Of a DNA stretch of 64,000 nucleotides, positions 18,553-26,861 are shown in pieces. A program made the position numbers and the translations under genes. The stretch spans positions 34,650 to 98,649 of the forward strand of contig CAVTNF010000006.1 in NCBI GenBank assembly GCA_963735975.1, in the 5' to 3' direction. This DNA is from an uncultured Acidobacteriaceae bacterium. GTDB lineage: Bacteria > Acidobacteriota > Terriglobia > Terriglobales > Acidobacteriaceae. Under the pieces are notes generated by a model that worked only from the letters and a program-made list of their open reading frames with translations, had not been told where the DNA came from and searched no databases. The first letter of the stretch is position 1. Every line of letters starts with the position of its first letter.

Positions 18553-18813
18553 ATGAAGCGACCCTATACTGATAAGCAAGGCCAGTACCTGGCGTTCATT
18601 TACTACTATGGCAAAATCCACGGCTCCCCACCTTCGGAGGCCGAAATGCAACGCTACTTCCAAGTCTCCCCGCCTTCCGTACACCAAATGATCTTGACGC
18701 TCGAAACTCATGGCCTTATCGAGCGAACACCGGGCCAGGCTCGATCCATCCGCCTGCTGATTCCGCGCGCCGAGCTACCGGACTTGGTCTTGCGTGACTA
18801 TCTGGACTACTGA
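18553..18813 (+). CDS. LexA-N-terminal-like winged-HTH protein (86 aa) carried as a passenger inside the IS66 right end
   Basis: MKRPYTDKQGQYLAFIYYYGKIHGSPPSEAEMQRYFQVSPPSVHQMILTLETHGLIERTPGQARSIRLLIP resembles the LexA DNA-binding domain pattern (T.rQ..vl.fI......G.pPs.rEia..lg.ss.s.v..hl..Le.kG.I.r.pg.aRai.l). Confidence 0.6.
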   Translation: MKRPYTDKQGQYLAFIYYYGKIHGSPPSEAEMQRYFQVSPPSVHQMILTLETHGLIERTPGQARSIRLLIPRAELPDLVLRDYLDY

Positions 18814-18858
18814 AATGCCCTGTACCGATCGTCAGTGCGGTCCACTCCGGACGCTTAC

Positions 18859-20200
18859 GCATGAGCAGTGTCTTGAGCGAAGATAAACAACAACAAGTCA
18901 TCGCCCTGGGAAGATTAGGGTGGTCGCTGCGGCGCATCGAACGGGAAACCGGCGGGCGGCGAGAGACTGCAGGTGGCTGTTTGCGGGCGGCGGGGATTGC
19001 TGTGCGTCCGCCGGGCGGTTGGGCACGGGGTGAACCGGCAAAACCCGCCATAGGGTGACCACCGGGTCTGGGTCGGTCCCGCCGGCGCTACCGGCTAGTG
19101 CAGGCAGCAGTTGCGAGCCTTTTCGCGATGCGATCGAGTGGGGGCTATCGCGCCGGCGCAATGCCATGGCTATCTGGCAGGATCTGGTTGCCGCTTCCAG
19201 TTTTACCGGTAACTATCAAGCGGTCAAGCGCTACGTGCGCAAGCTGCGCGGCAGCCAAACTCCTGAAGCTCGGGTGGTGATCCAGACTGCGCCCGGTGAG
19301 GAAGCGCAAGTCGATGACGGCACCGGGCCGATGGTACGCGATCCGCGCGGATGCCAGCGGTAGTGGACGGTTACGGCGTCGAAATGATGTGTACTATCTT
19401 TCTGGTTCGCCCGGCACCGGCAAGAGCCACTGGGCTCAAGCCATTGGTCAAGCCGCCATCCAACAAGGCTATCGCGTCTTATACCGCGAGGCCCATCACC
19501 TACTGGAGGAGCTAGCCGATGCTGCCATCGATGACACGCGCCAACAGTGCATGGAGTTCCTGGCTACCGTACCGCTGCTCATCCTCGATGATCTGGGGAT
19601 GCGCAAGCTCGCGCTCACCGCGGCGGAGGACTTGCTGGAGATCATCATGCGTCGTTATGAACGCGCCAGCACTCTGGTGACTTCCAACCGTCCGGTCGAG
19701 GACTGGGGCAAACTGCTGGGCGACACCGCTGCCGTCAGTGCCATGCTGGACCGGCTACTCCATCACGGTCATGTGCTCAAGTGCGGTCCCCGCAACTGGC
19801 GCACCAAAACCAACTCGAACGCAGCAGCCTCCGGAGAGAAATCATGAATCGTCTTGCCGGCCCCCGAGAGCGTCGAAAACCGATGCACTGGCGTTTTCTC
19901 AGGCATGGGAAATCTATCCTCCCGATGCATGCTCGGACTCACGGGAGAGAAACCTCGCGGCTCCTCTCCCCATGCTTCGGTCGGATGAGTGTCGAACGGC
20001 TATTCCTCAGCAGGTTGCTCGCCAGCATGACCTGCCTCTGCTTCACCGTCCGCCGGCAATGCTGAATCGCAAGATCGTCGTTGTCAAGTAGACAGCTTGC
20101 CTGGAACCGCTTCGGAAGGGTAAAAACTAACGTTGTCTTGGCCCAATCCCGATGGCCGGTTTTCAAGTGACCACGTATGGCCGGTTTTGCGGTGACCACT
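18859..20200 (+). mobile_element. IS21-family remnant: istA N-terminal part fused by internal deletion to the 3' part of istB
   Basis: IstA pieces: MSSVLSEDKQQQVIALGRLGWSLRRIERETG... and ...CEPFRDAIEWGL...IWQDLV...YQAVKRYVRKLR...APGEEAQVD. IstB piece: LSGSPGTGKSHWAQAIG...LLILDDLGM...TSNRPVEDWG...LDRLLHHGHVL. Two subterminal direct repeats ATGGCCGGTTTT..GTGACCAC lie at 20152-20199. Confidence 0.75.
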
Positions 20201-20321
20201 GAGGATGGAATAAGCATGACAATTTCCAGAGTCTTAGTGGTGATGAAAGGCCGCCCCGGACTATGGTACCGTGCGCCATGAGCCCGGCACCATTTCGGAT
20301 CGTCGAAAGCTACTGCGGCTG

Positions 20322-20720
20322 TTAGGATTCGATCAGTTCGACAAGCAGGAGATTAGGAAACATGAGAAAGGCGATCTTGCGACCGCCAAATGCAACTGCG
20401 GGTTTGGCGGGAGAAACGACCACCGCATGGCCAGCGGCGAGAGCCGTGACGGCTGCTTCGATGGATTCGACTTCGTAAGCCTGGTGGTACATTTTGACGC
20501 CTTTTTGTAGCCAAGACATCACTGGAGAAGTGTCGTCCATGGGCGCCAGCAACTCAATGCGGGGCCCAGGCCCCACCAGAAAACAGCCGTGGATCTTCTG
20601 CAGTGGATCGGAAAAGCGCTCACCTTCAAGCCCATACCCAACCATCGCGAACGAACGGATTTCCTTCTCGATGTGCCGGCAGGCGATGCCAATATGGTGG
20701 AATTGGAGTCCCGCAATCAT
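20322..20720 (-). CDS. VOC-family protein (glyoxalase / methylmalonyl-CoA epimerase-like)
   Basis: FHHIGIACRHIEKE...RIELLAP...MYHQAYEV...LVELIE pattern. Confidence 0.7.
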   Translation of the reverse strand: MIAGLQFHHIGIACRHIEKEIRSFAMVGYGLEGERFSDPLQKIHGCFLVGPGPRIELLAPMDDTSPVMSWLQKGVKMYHQAYEVESIEAAVTALAAGHAVVVSPAKPAVAFGGRKIAFLMFPNLLLVELIES

Positions 20721-20744
20721 TAGCTAGCCACCACCCTCACGATC

Positions 20745-22604
20745 TCATCCATTTTTCGGAAGACCAATGCCGCCGATTGCTGGCATGGCACGAATGGAGT
20801 CATGACGCATCCAGTGGAGGAATCTGCGGCGAACAATCCGATACTTGGGCAAAAAACCTTGGCGCTCGAGTTCCGCTCGCAGCAGGGGCTGGGTTGCAGA
20901 ACAGCAGACGAGCAGATCCCTGTTCTGACCCGTTGCTTCAGAGGCCAAAAACAAAAGCAGTTGCCGGCAAGAATGAGCCAGATTAAGACATGGCACAGCC
21001 TGGTATTCGTACATGGTTATGGTTGGACCACTAACTACAAGCGTGCGATCCTGCCTGAGGGCCAAGAGCTCAGGTAGATCACGCGTTCCAGTCCAGGCGA
21101 CAGCCGTGATAAGGCCTTTCTCCCGGATGAGGTTTACGTGATCGCATTTCTTCAGTCGACGTCGGCACTCGTCAAGGCCCACCCCTAATACGCCCGGGTG
21201 CTTAAGAGACAAATCCACCAGGTCGCAGAACCTGCCAGCTATAATCTCCACTTTGGGATCGGAAGGTTGGCCTGCAGGTTGTTGTTCGAGCATAGTGCCG
21301 TTTCCCATCTGGAATAGAGCTGCTTCCTCGTGGCTCCAGACCGTGGCGCGGAACAAATTCACGCCGCTATCGAGCAAGTACTTAAATAGGCTTGCGTTCT
21401 CCTTAGCTCGCCCGATCCGGCTCAATGTCCTTCGCTTCCACACTCGCACGGAGTGGAGGTAGCGAAATACAGGCTCATGCCTTCGGATCAGCCCTCTGAT
21501 CCGCCGGTGTAACCGACCTTGTCCTGCCCACCAGAGGCGGCGAACTCGACCCCCGATGCCCCGGCCTTCGAAGTAGAGGTTCCAGCTCTGCAGGGTGTGG
21601 GTGGCAAAACGCGCCTTGTAGAACTCGTCCCCGCGACCGAAATCGAACTCCCTTTCAACTTTCTCCCTCGCGTACAGCAGCAGGTAGTGTAACAGCACTT
21701 CCCCCGGGGCATAATCCTGTGCGTCCACATCAAAGGTTTGTTGGTAGAAGGTGAATTTCCCGTTTACTTCGAAACCCAAACTCCACGCTAGCGGCCGGCC
21801 ATCCAGCTCTAGGACACCGAAGCGCAACTCGTTACGCAGATCAAATTGTTCCACCAGGGCTTGGAAGAAACGGCGCCTCTCCGGTGCTTCAAAGGAGCTC
21901 GTTTTCGCCAACAAAGCGTAGCGTCTCTTCTGGCATTGGAAAAAGTACGTGAGATGCTCCTGGGCTTCCCCTTTTGTTTCTATGTGACGGAAGGTGAGGA
22001 GACCGGCCTTGCTCAGCTTCTTCTGCCGGCGCTGCATGTGCTTCTTTCTCAGCAGACGGTCGATGATCTCGTTCCGTTTTCCCTCGAAGAGAATCGTGGG
22101 ACAGTCGTCGGCCGGTGCCAATCGCAGCAAACTACGCAGCTCCGATGGCAGTTCCTGCCAGTGACTGATGATTCGGCTGCGCACCGGCACGTTCTCCAGG
22201 AGGCACTCCTTCCATCCAGGAACCGACTGAAAAAGCGTGTTCAGTGCGAGGGCCAGCAGATTGGCGGTCCGCCACTCCGAACATAGGACATCACAGTAGT
22301 CGGCCTCGCGCGGAGCACCGAGGAACCTAATCGTGCCTTTCTGTTGCACCAGCGGTAGGATGAGAACAACCCGATCGCCTTCGTAGACCACCGGCGTGCA
22401 CAGCTCCTGTCCGCTACCGAAGCAATGCCACCAGGTCCGGGCCCAAGTGAGGCTCTGAAATATCTCCGCTGTGGGGTCCGTTTGCCACAAGCGCTCCCAC
22501 TCTGCTGAAAGCTCCTCCAGCCGATCAAAATGGGTGACTACTTCGCAGCGTAGCGGGGCCCCTGTTGTGGAAAGGGCATCGACAGAGGAGCTAACCACGA
22601 ACAT
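20745..22604 (-). CDS. FemAB/CelD(BcsL)-like acetyltransferase (BioF2-like GNAT domain) with an extra ~250-aa C-terminal domain
   Basis: The pattern W..LW......IFQSLTWARTWW...RFLG....DYCDVL...KKHMQRRQKKL...LDGRPLAWSLGF...YAPGEVLLHYLL...FDFGRGDEFYK is typical of PF13480-type proteins. Confidence 0.7.
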   Translation of the reverse strand: MFVVSSSVDALSTTGAPLRCEVVTHFDRLEELSAEWERLWQTDPTAEIFQSLTWARTWWHCFGSGQELCTPVVYEGDRVVLILPLVQQKGTIRFLGAPREADYCDVLCSEWRTANLLALALNTLFQSVPGWKECLLENVPVRSRIISHWQELPSELRSLLRLAPADDCPTILFEGKRNEIIDRLLRKKHMQRRQKKLSKAGLLTFRHIETKGEAQEHLTYFFQCQKRRYALLAKTSSFEAPERRRFFQALVEQFDLRNELRFGVLELDGRPLAWSLGFEVNGKFTFYQQTFDVDAQDYAPGEVLLHYLLLYAREKVEREFDFGRGDEFYKARFATHTLQSWNLYFEGRGIGGRVRRLWWAGQGRLHRRIRGLIRRHEPVFRYLHSVRVWKRRTLSRIGRAKENASLFKYLLDSGVNLFRATVWSHEEAALFQMGNGTMLEQQPAGQPSDPKVEIIAGRFCDLVDLSLKHPGVLGVGLDECRRRLKKCDHVNLIREKGLITAVAWTGTRDLPELLALRQDRTLVVSGPTITMYEYQAVPCLNLAHSCRQLLLFLASEATGQNRDLLVCCSATQPLLRAELERQGFLPKYRIVRRRFLHWMRHDSIRAMPAIGGIGLPKNG

Positions 22605-22860
22605 GCATGTTACCTTCTGCAGCCTTTCTTTTAGCTGCCTTTAGACCCAATGCGTCGTGAATCCCGCAGTGCAGCACGGGCTAAGTCTGAGCCAAATTCC
22701 CCTTAATGTCTCCATTGTCCCCATCGGGATGGTGGAAACCCCTCGCCTTCATGCGAATCAAGATTTGGTGTAACGTCGTCGCGTTCGACACTGTTCGAGC
22801 CGTCGGTTGGCGTTGCGGTCCGAGCCGTTGAGGCAACCTTATTTGTTGCGCGTTCTGTGC

Positions 22861-23994
22861 CTAGAGACACGCATCGCCGTCGAAACAGGACGGGTCCCAC
22901 GCCTGAGGATCCTTCAGGTCCTCCACCAACTGAGGGTTGGTGGCCTTGTAAAAATAACACCACGAATCAAGTTTTCGCCAGTTGGGCGAGAGACTTTCGA
23001 TAATCCGCTGCTTCTCGGGAGGAAAGCCAATGGCCTCCAGCATGTGAATGCCTTCGCGTCGGCAGCGTGCCAACGCGTGGCAAAGCAGTGGACGCAGCAA
23101 TTCCGTGTTTCCCCCGAGCGTCTGGAAATCGACCAAGCACATTCGCCTAAGAAAGAACTCTGCTCTGTCCTGCCGAAAGAAGATGGCGTATGCAGCCAGT
23201 GACCCGCCTTTGCTTATGGTCAGCACCCATGCCTTGTCTCTTGCCAGTGCATACTTGAAATGCCATTCCAGCATCTCGCGGGATCGGTTGGCCAGCAGAC
23301 GGCGTGGGGAAGTCTGCCGCAACTGCTGCCAGAAATTCTCGAAGCCGTCATTAATTCCGTTGCAAAAACTAGCCTCCATACCGTTGTGGCGGGTCTTGAA
23401 CCACCTGCCTTGAAGGATGTCGAGGAGACACAGGCCAGCTGAAAGCGGATAACTAATGCTTTTCGCGCTGCGGAATCCTTTCCTCGTGGCGAGGCTTGCA
23501 CTGAAACCTCGATAGTTTGTAATCCAAAAGGCCGCTTGGTTCCACGCTCCCGTCGGTACCCGCAAGGCACGGAAAATCTCGTATCCCGCCGATGCGCTAG
23601 CATTCACCGTGGTAGCGAGGAGCAGAGTAGGTTGTTTCTGCTTGAAGAAACAGCTTAAGAGCGGAATCGAGTAGCTCCGATAATCGGCATCCACAACAAA
23701 GGCGCGACTGGCGGCGGCAACCAGCCTCTGGTTCCTGAATTCGTATAGCAAGGGAACGTTACCGACATGACCCACGATCCGGTTATGTTCGTTCTCGACC
23801 ACCCAGCCAATCGGCCAACTGGGCAACTCGCGGTAAAGAGGATTGTTGACCCACAAGTGGACCCACTCCGTATACGTTTTGGTTCCCAGGCCGTAGCGAG
23901 ACTCTAACGCCGCGATTTGCGCATGGTCTTGAAAAGTGGCCTCACGGATCGCAACGGCCGACTTGGTAACATCGATCTCGTTTTTTTTGATCAC
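22861..23994 (-). CDS. two-domain GNAT-family N-acetyltransferase, paralog of 7155-8345
   Basis: IREATFQDHAQIAALE...NRIVGHVGNVPLLYEF...FVVDADYRSYSIPLL. The C-terminal half aligns by eye with the 396-aa protein. Confidence 0.65.
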   Translation of the reverse strand: MIKKNEIDVTKSAVAIREATFQDHAQIAALESRYGLGTKTYTEWVHLWVNNPLYRELPSWPIGWVVENEHNRIVGHVGNVPLLYEFRNQRLVAAASRAFVVDADYRSYSIPLLSCFFKQKQPTLLLATTVNASASAGYEIFRALRVPTGAWNQAAFWITNYRGFSASLATRKGFRSAKSISYPLSAGLCLLDILQGRWFKTRHNGMEASFCNGINDGFENFWQQLRQTSPRRLLANRSREMLEWHFKYALARDKAWVLTISKGGSLAAYAIFFRQDRAEFFLRRMCLVDFQTLGGNTELLRPLLCHALARCRREGIHMLEAIGFPPEKQRIIESLSPNWRKLDSWCYFYKATNPQLVEDLKDPQAWDPSCFDGDACL

Positions 23995-24222
23995 CAGGAG
24001 CGTGTTGGCAAAAATCTGTTTTCAGTCGTTACTGAATGAGCGTCGTTCAGCCGTTGCGGCATATTTAGTCGGGATTGTAGTTCGTCCATCTTTAAACTAC
24101 TCCAAATCAGCCAGCCTAGGCCAGCTTGGCCTGGTTGCCCCAATCGGCTGGCCGCTCCTGCAACTATCTGTGGGAGCTGACGCCCGATTCAAAAACCTGA
24201 TCTCCCGCAGCGCAGCCAGGAG

Positions 24223-26001
24223 TCAATCAGCGCGCGGAGGCTGGGACAGAGCTAACTGACTGTCGGGCAGAGAATTGCTTTGCGGAGCGACTGAACCGGC
24301 GCCCGCCCCAGGCAGCGGGTGGATATTGATCCCGCGCGGGTATGGGTAACGCTGACTGAGCAGCCAAGCAAACCAGTTCTGTTTCTCGTCGTGCAAGAAA
24401 CCCGAGGACATCCAGAACTCCAAACAGGGCTTGTTCTTAAGGGTAGGAAGGTAGTGGGCGCGCAGTTCCCGCAGCCCCAATGAGGCGCAGTACTGGGAAG
24501 CGAACGCCAACATCGCACGTTCTATGTTCCGTCCCATGACCCTGCAGCTCAACACGAAGTCCACGATACAAGCGACTTCAGATTCAACTTCCAGACTCAA
24601 GATGCCGGTCAGTCCCGAGTCGCCAAATTTGTCCTTTACTCTAAATGCCCACAACTTTCTCTTGTCCGATTGCAGCCAGGTGTGCAGCTCCTGTTCTGAT
24701 AGGCGCCGAGTGGTGAGGTTCATCTGGTTCGTCTTATTAAGCAGTTGAACTACCCGGACGCGGTTGGCGTCACTCAGTTCCTCGATTGTGACTTCTGTAC
24801 CGATCGAAAGTAGCCATTCTTCAGCGGAGCCAACTGCCTTTTTCGACAGCTCGCGTTGTTTCTCAGTGGTGTACATCTCCTGCCGGGAGCCGTCCTCAGC
24901 GGTGGCGTAGGCAGAATCGAAGCAGTCCAGTTGCAGGAAATTGCTGGCAAAGAGTGTTGCATCATCTGGCCACTCGGGAACGTAAACCTCGGGCAGGGAT
25001 TCCCGGACACGAGCCCGCTCCATGGGATTGTCGTCAATGAAGACGACCGACTGCAGACCGAGGCGCAATTCCGCAGCCAGTTCGGCGATATTAGCGGCCT
25101 TATCTTTCCAGTTAATTCGCCAGGCGGCGAAGTCCGCGGGCCGCAGCACCATCTCGGGATGCTTGGCAAGAGCTTCCAAAGCGATCCTTTCCTCGTTCTT
25201 GCTGGCGATGGCCAGCAGAATCCCCCGGTTTCGCAGGCTCTTCAATGTCTTTTGGAAGTCGACGAAAGCCTCACCCACATAGTCATGGCCTCCAAGCCTC
25301 AGCTTCTCCCATCCCAGATCGCCCACCACACCTCCCCAGAGTGTGTTGTCCAGGTCAATGATCACCAGCTTCTTGGAGGCCCCGAGAACAGCGGCAATAG
25401 CTGCCTTCAGATCGCGCGCGGCTCGGACGAACACTTCGGCATGGAAGGGCGTCTTGGTTAGGTACCACAACTTGGGGCTGTAAGAATTCTTTCCGACAGC
25501 GCCAATCCATTGCTGTCCATCAAGCAGGTAAATGCTGCCGCAGTTCTCCAGTTCCTCGGCCAGAGTGAGGTTCATTTTGAGCAAAAGCTTCCGCGGGCCT
25601 TGTCCCTTGAGGTTCAGTATGCCAGTTCCGCGATAGTAAGGCGGCAAGGTCCAGGAGACAACGAAAATGGCGCGGAAATGCTCCTGCGCCTTACGGAGAC
25701 AGTCGGCGAACTCGCGAACCTCGGAAACCAGCTGCTCTTCGGTGATGGCGGCGTAATCTAGGGCCTCCGCGAATGTCGGAGATACCTTGTCGGGTGATGT
25801 CCACGCCAAGGCAAAACTCGAGGGCCCCACAGGAGGGGGCTGCAGCAAGACCGGGAATACTTGCCCGAACGGCGCAGAAGTAACGGAAACCGGCAGCGGC
25901 GAAGTGTCGTCCCTAAGGTACTGTCCGAGCGTTTCGAGATTGAAATCGGAGATGAGATGCAGGTTCGAGACCGCGCTCTCAGTAATTGCAGGATTCATCA
26001 C
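24223..26001 (-). CDS. FkbH-like HAD-IIIC phosphatase/acyltransferase domain protein
   Basis: KLVIIDLDNTLWGGVVGD...GILLAIASKNEE...INWKDKAANIAELAAEL...VVFIDDNPMERARV is the hallmark of the HAD-IIIC/FkbH domain. The C-terminal GNAT-like part contains ...FVLSCRVMGRNIE. Its ATG overlaps the ACP stop (ATGA). Confidence 0.85.
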   Translation of the reverse strand: MMNPAITESAVSNLHLISDFNLETLGQYLRDDTSPLPVSVTSAPFGQVFPVLLQPPPVGPSSFALAWTSPDKVSPTFAEALDYAAITEEQLVSEVREFADCLRKAQEHFRAIFVVSWTLPPYYRGTGILNLKGQGPRKLLLKMNLTLAEELENCGSIYLLDGQQWIGAVGKNSYSPKLWYLTKTPFHAEVFVRAARDLKAAIAAVLGASKKLVIIDLDNTLWGGVVGDLGWEKLRLGGHDYVGEAFVDFQKTLKSLRNRGILLAIASKNEERIALEALAKHPEMVLRPADFAAWRINWKDKAANIAELAAELRLGLQSVVFIDDNPMERARVRESLPEVYVPEWPDDATLFASNFLQLDCFDSAYATAEDGSRQEMYTTEKQRELSKKAVGSAEEWLLSIGTEVTIEELSDANRVRVVQLLNKTNQMNLTTRRLSEQELHTWLQSDKRKLWAFRVKDKFGDSGLTGILSLEVESEVACIVDFVLSCRVMGRNIERAMLAFASQYCASLGLRELRAHYLPTLKNKPCLEFWMSSGFLHDEKQNWFAWLLSQRYPYPRGINIHPLPGAGAGSVAPQSNSLPDSQLALSQPPRAD

Positions 26002-26372
26002 GACTGCGGTTGTACCCCTCCCTGTTTTCTGGCCGCCGATTGTGAGATATAACCCGCCAGAGACTGTACCGTTCTAAAATGGCCGGTGGTCGGCGAAAAC
26101 GGATCGTCTTCCGTGAGATCAATGGAGAAACCAAAGAATTCCTCGAGTTTCTGTTCGGTGATCACGATGAAGTTGGCCAGACCGAGGGAGTCGAGCTTAC
26201 CACCTTCGCCGAAGAGAACTGCAGTCGGAGACTTTTCGATTTGTTGTCCCTGCGGCCGTTGCAGGTTAAGGTCAGAAATGGCCTCGTAGATAGCCTTGAA
26301 CGCGCCATCGAAACAGCTCGAGCCGCTTGCCGGTGTCTCCTTCGAGAGGTCAACGGACTTAATCCCTTCCAT
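25998..26372 (-). CDS. acyl/peptidyl carrier protein (phosphopantetheine site GKLDSLGLANF)
   Basis: A DSL serine motif sits in a ~90-aa helical context, and the gene is translationally coupled to the FkbH-like gene. Confidence 0.7.
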   Translation of the reverse strand: MEGIKSVDLSKETPASGSSCFDGAFKAIYEAISDLNLQRPQGQQIEKSPTAVLFGEGGKLDSLGLANFIVITEQKLEEFFGFSIDLTEDDPFSPTTGHFRTVQSLAGYISQSAARKQGGVQPQS

Positions 26373-26801
26373 GGCTATGTTTCCCCTTCCAGAGCCGAAA
26401 ACGCTCCCCGTCTGTCACTTTACTAAAGCCCTCATGCCGCCCGATCGCAGAGAACATGTTCTCCAGCCGATGCCGCTGGCCACCCTCCAAAACCGTGCAT
26501 AGCTCCGCCCTCTCAGCCACACTCCGCGCATCGCCATGATAACTGACGGCGACCAACGACAAGTTCAATGGCGGGCTGCTGGGGCCGGGTCCAAACAGCA
26601 CATCAGCAGCAACCTAGTATATCAACGCAACATAACGCTTGGGGCAGTTATCGCCATCCGTCACTAAGAGACCAACTCGGTTTCCATGCGGCTAGCCTCG
26701 CCAGTGGTACTTTTGCACATTTTGCGCGTCTAGGCTTCTGTCGAATCACGGCTTAGCCAAAAAGAATTGCCTTAGAGCCTGTGACAAAACCCTACGGTAA
26801 C

Positions 26802-26831
26802 AGAAAAAGCCGCCTTCGTGAAAGGCGGCTT
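26802..26831 (-). terminator. rho-independent terminator after the GloVer/IPT gene
   Basis: On the minus strand: AGCCGCCTTT cacgaa GGCGGCT followed by TTTTTCTGTT. Confidence 0.6.
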
Positions 26832-26861
26832 CTTACTCTTGTTTCGAGCGGTTTCAAAGTA

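Larger units (their letters stand above)
15999..18858 (+). mobile_element. IS66-family insertion sequence (2860 bp) inserted at the istA start of an IS21 remnant
   Basis: Ends are GTAAGCGTC... and ...GACGCTTAC. The 8-bp TSD GCATGAGC is at 15991-15998 and 18859-18866. Confidence 0.85.
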
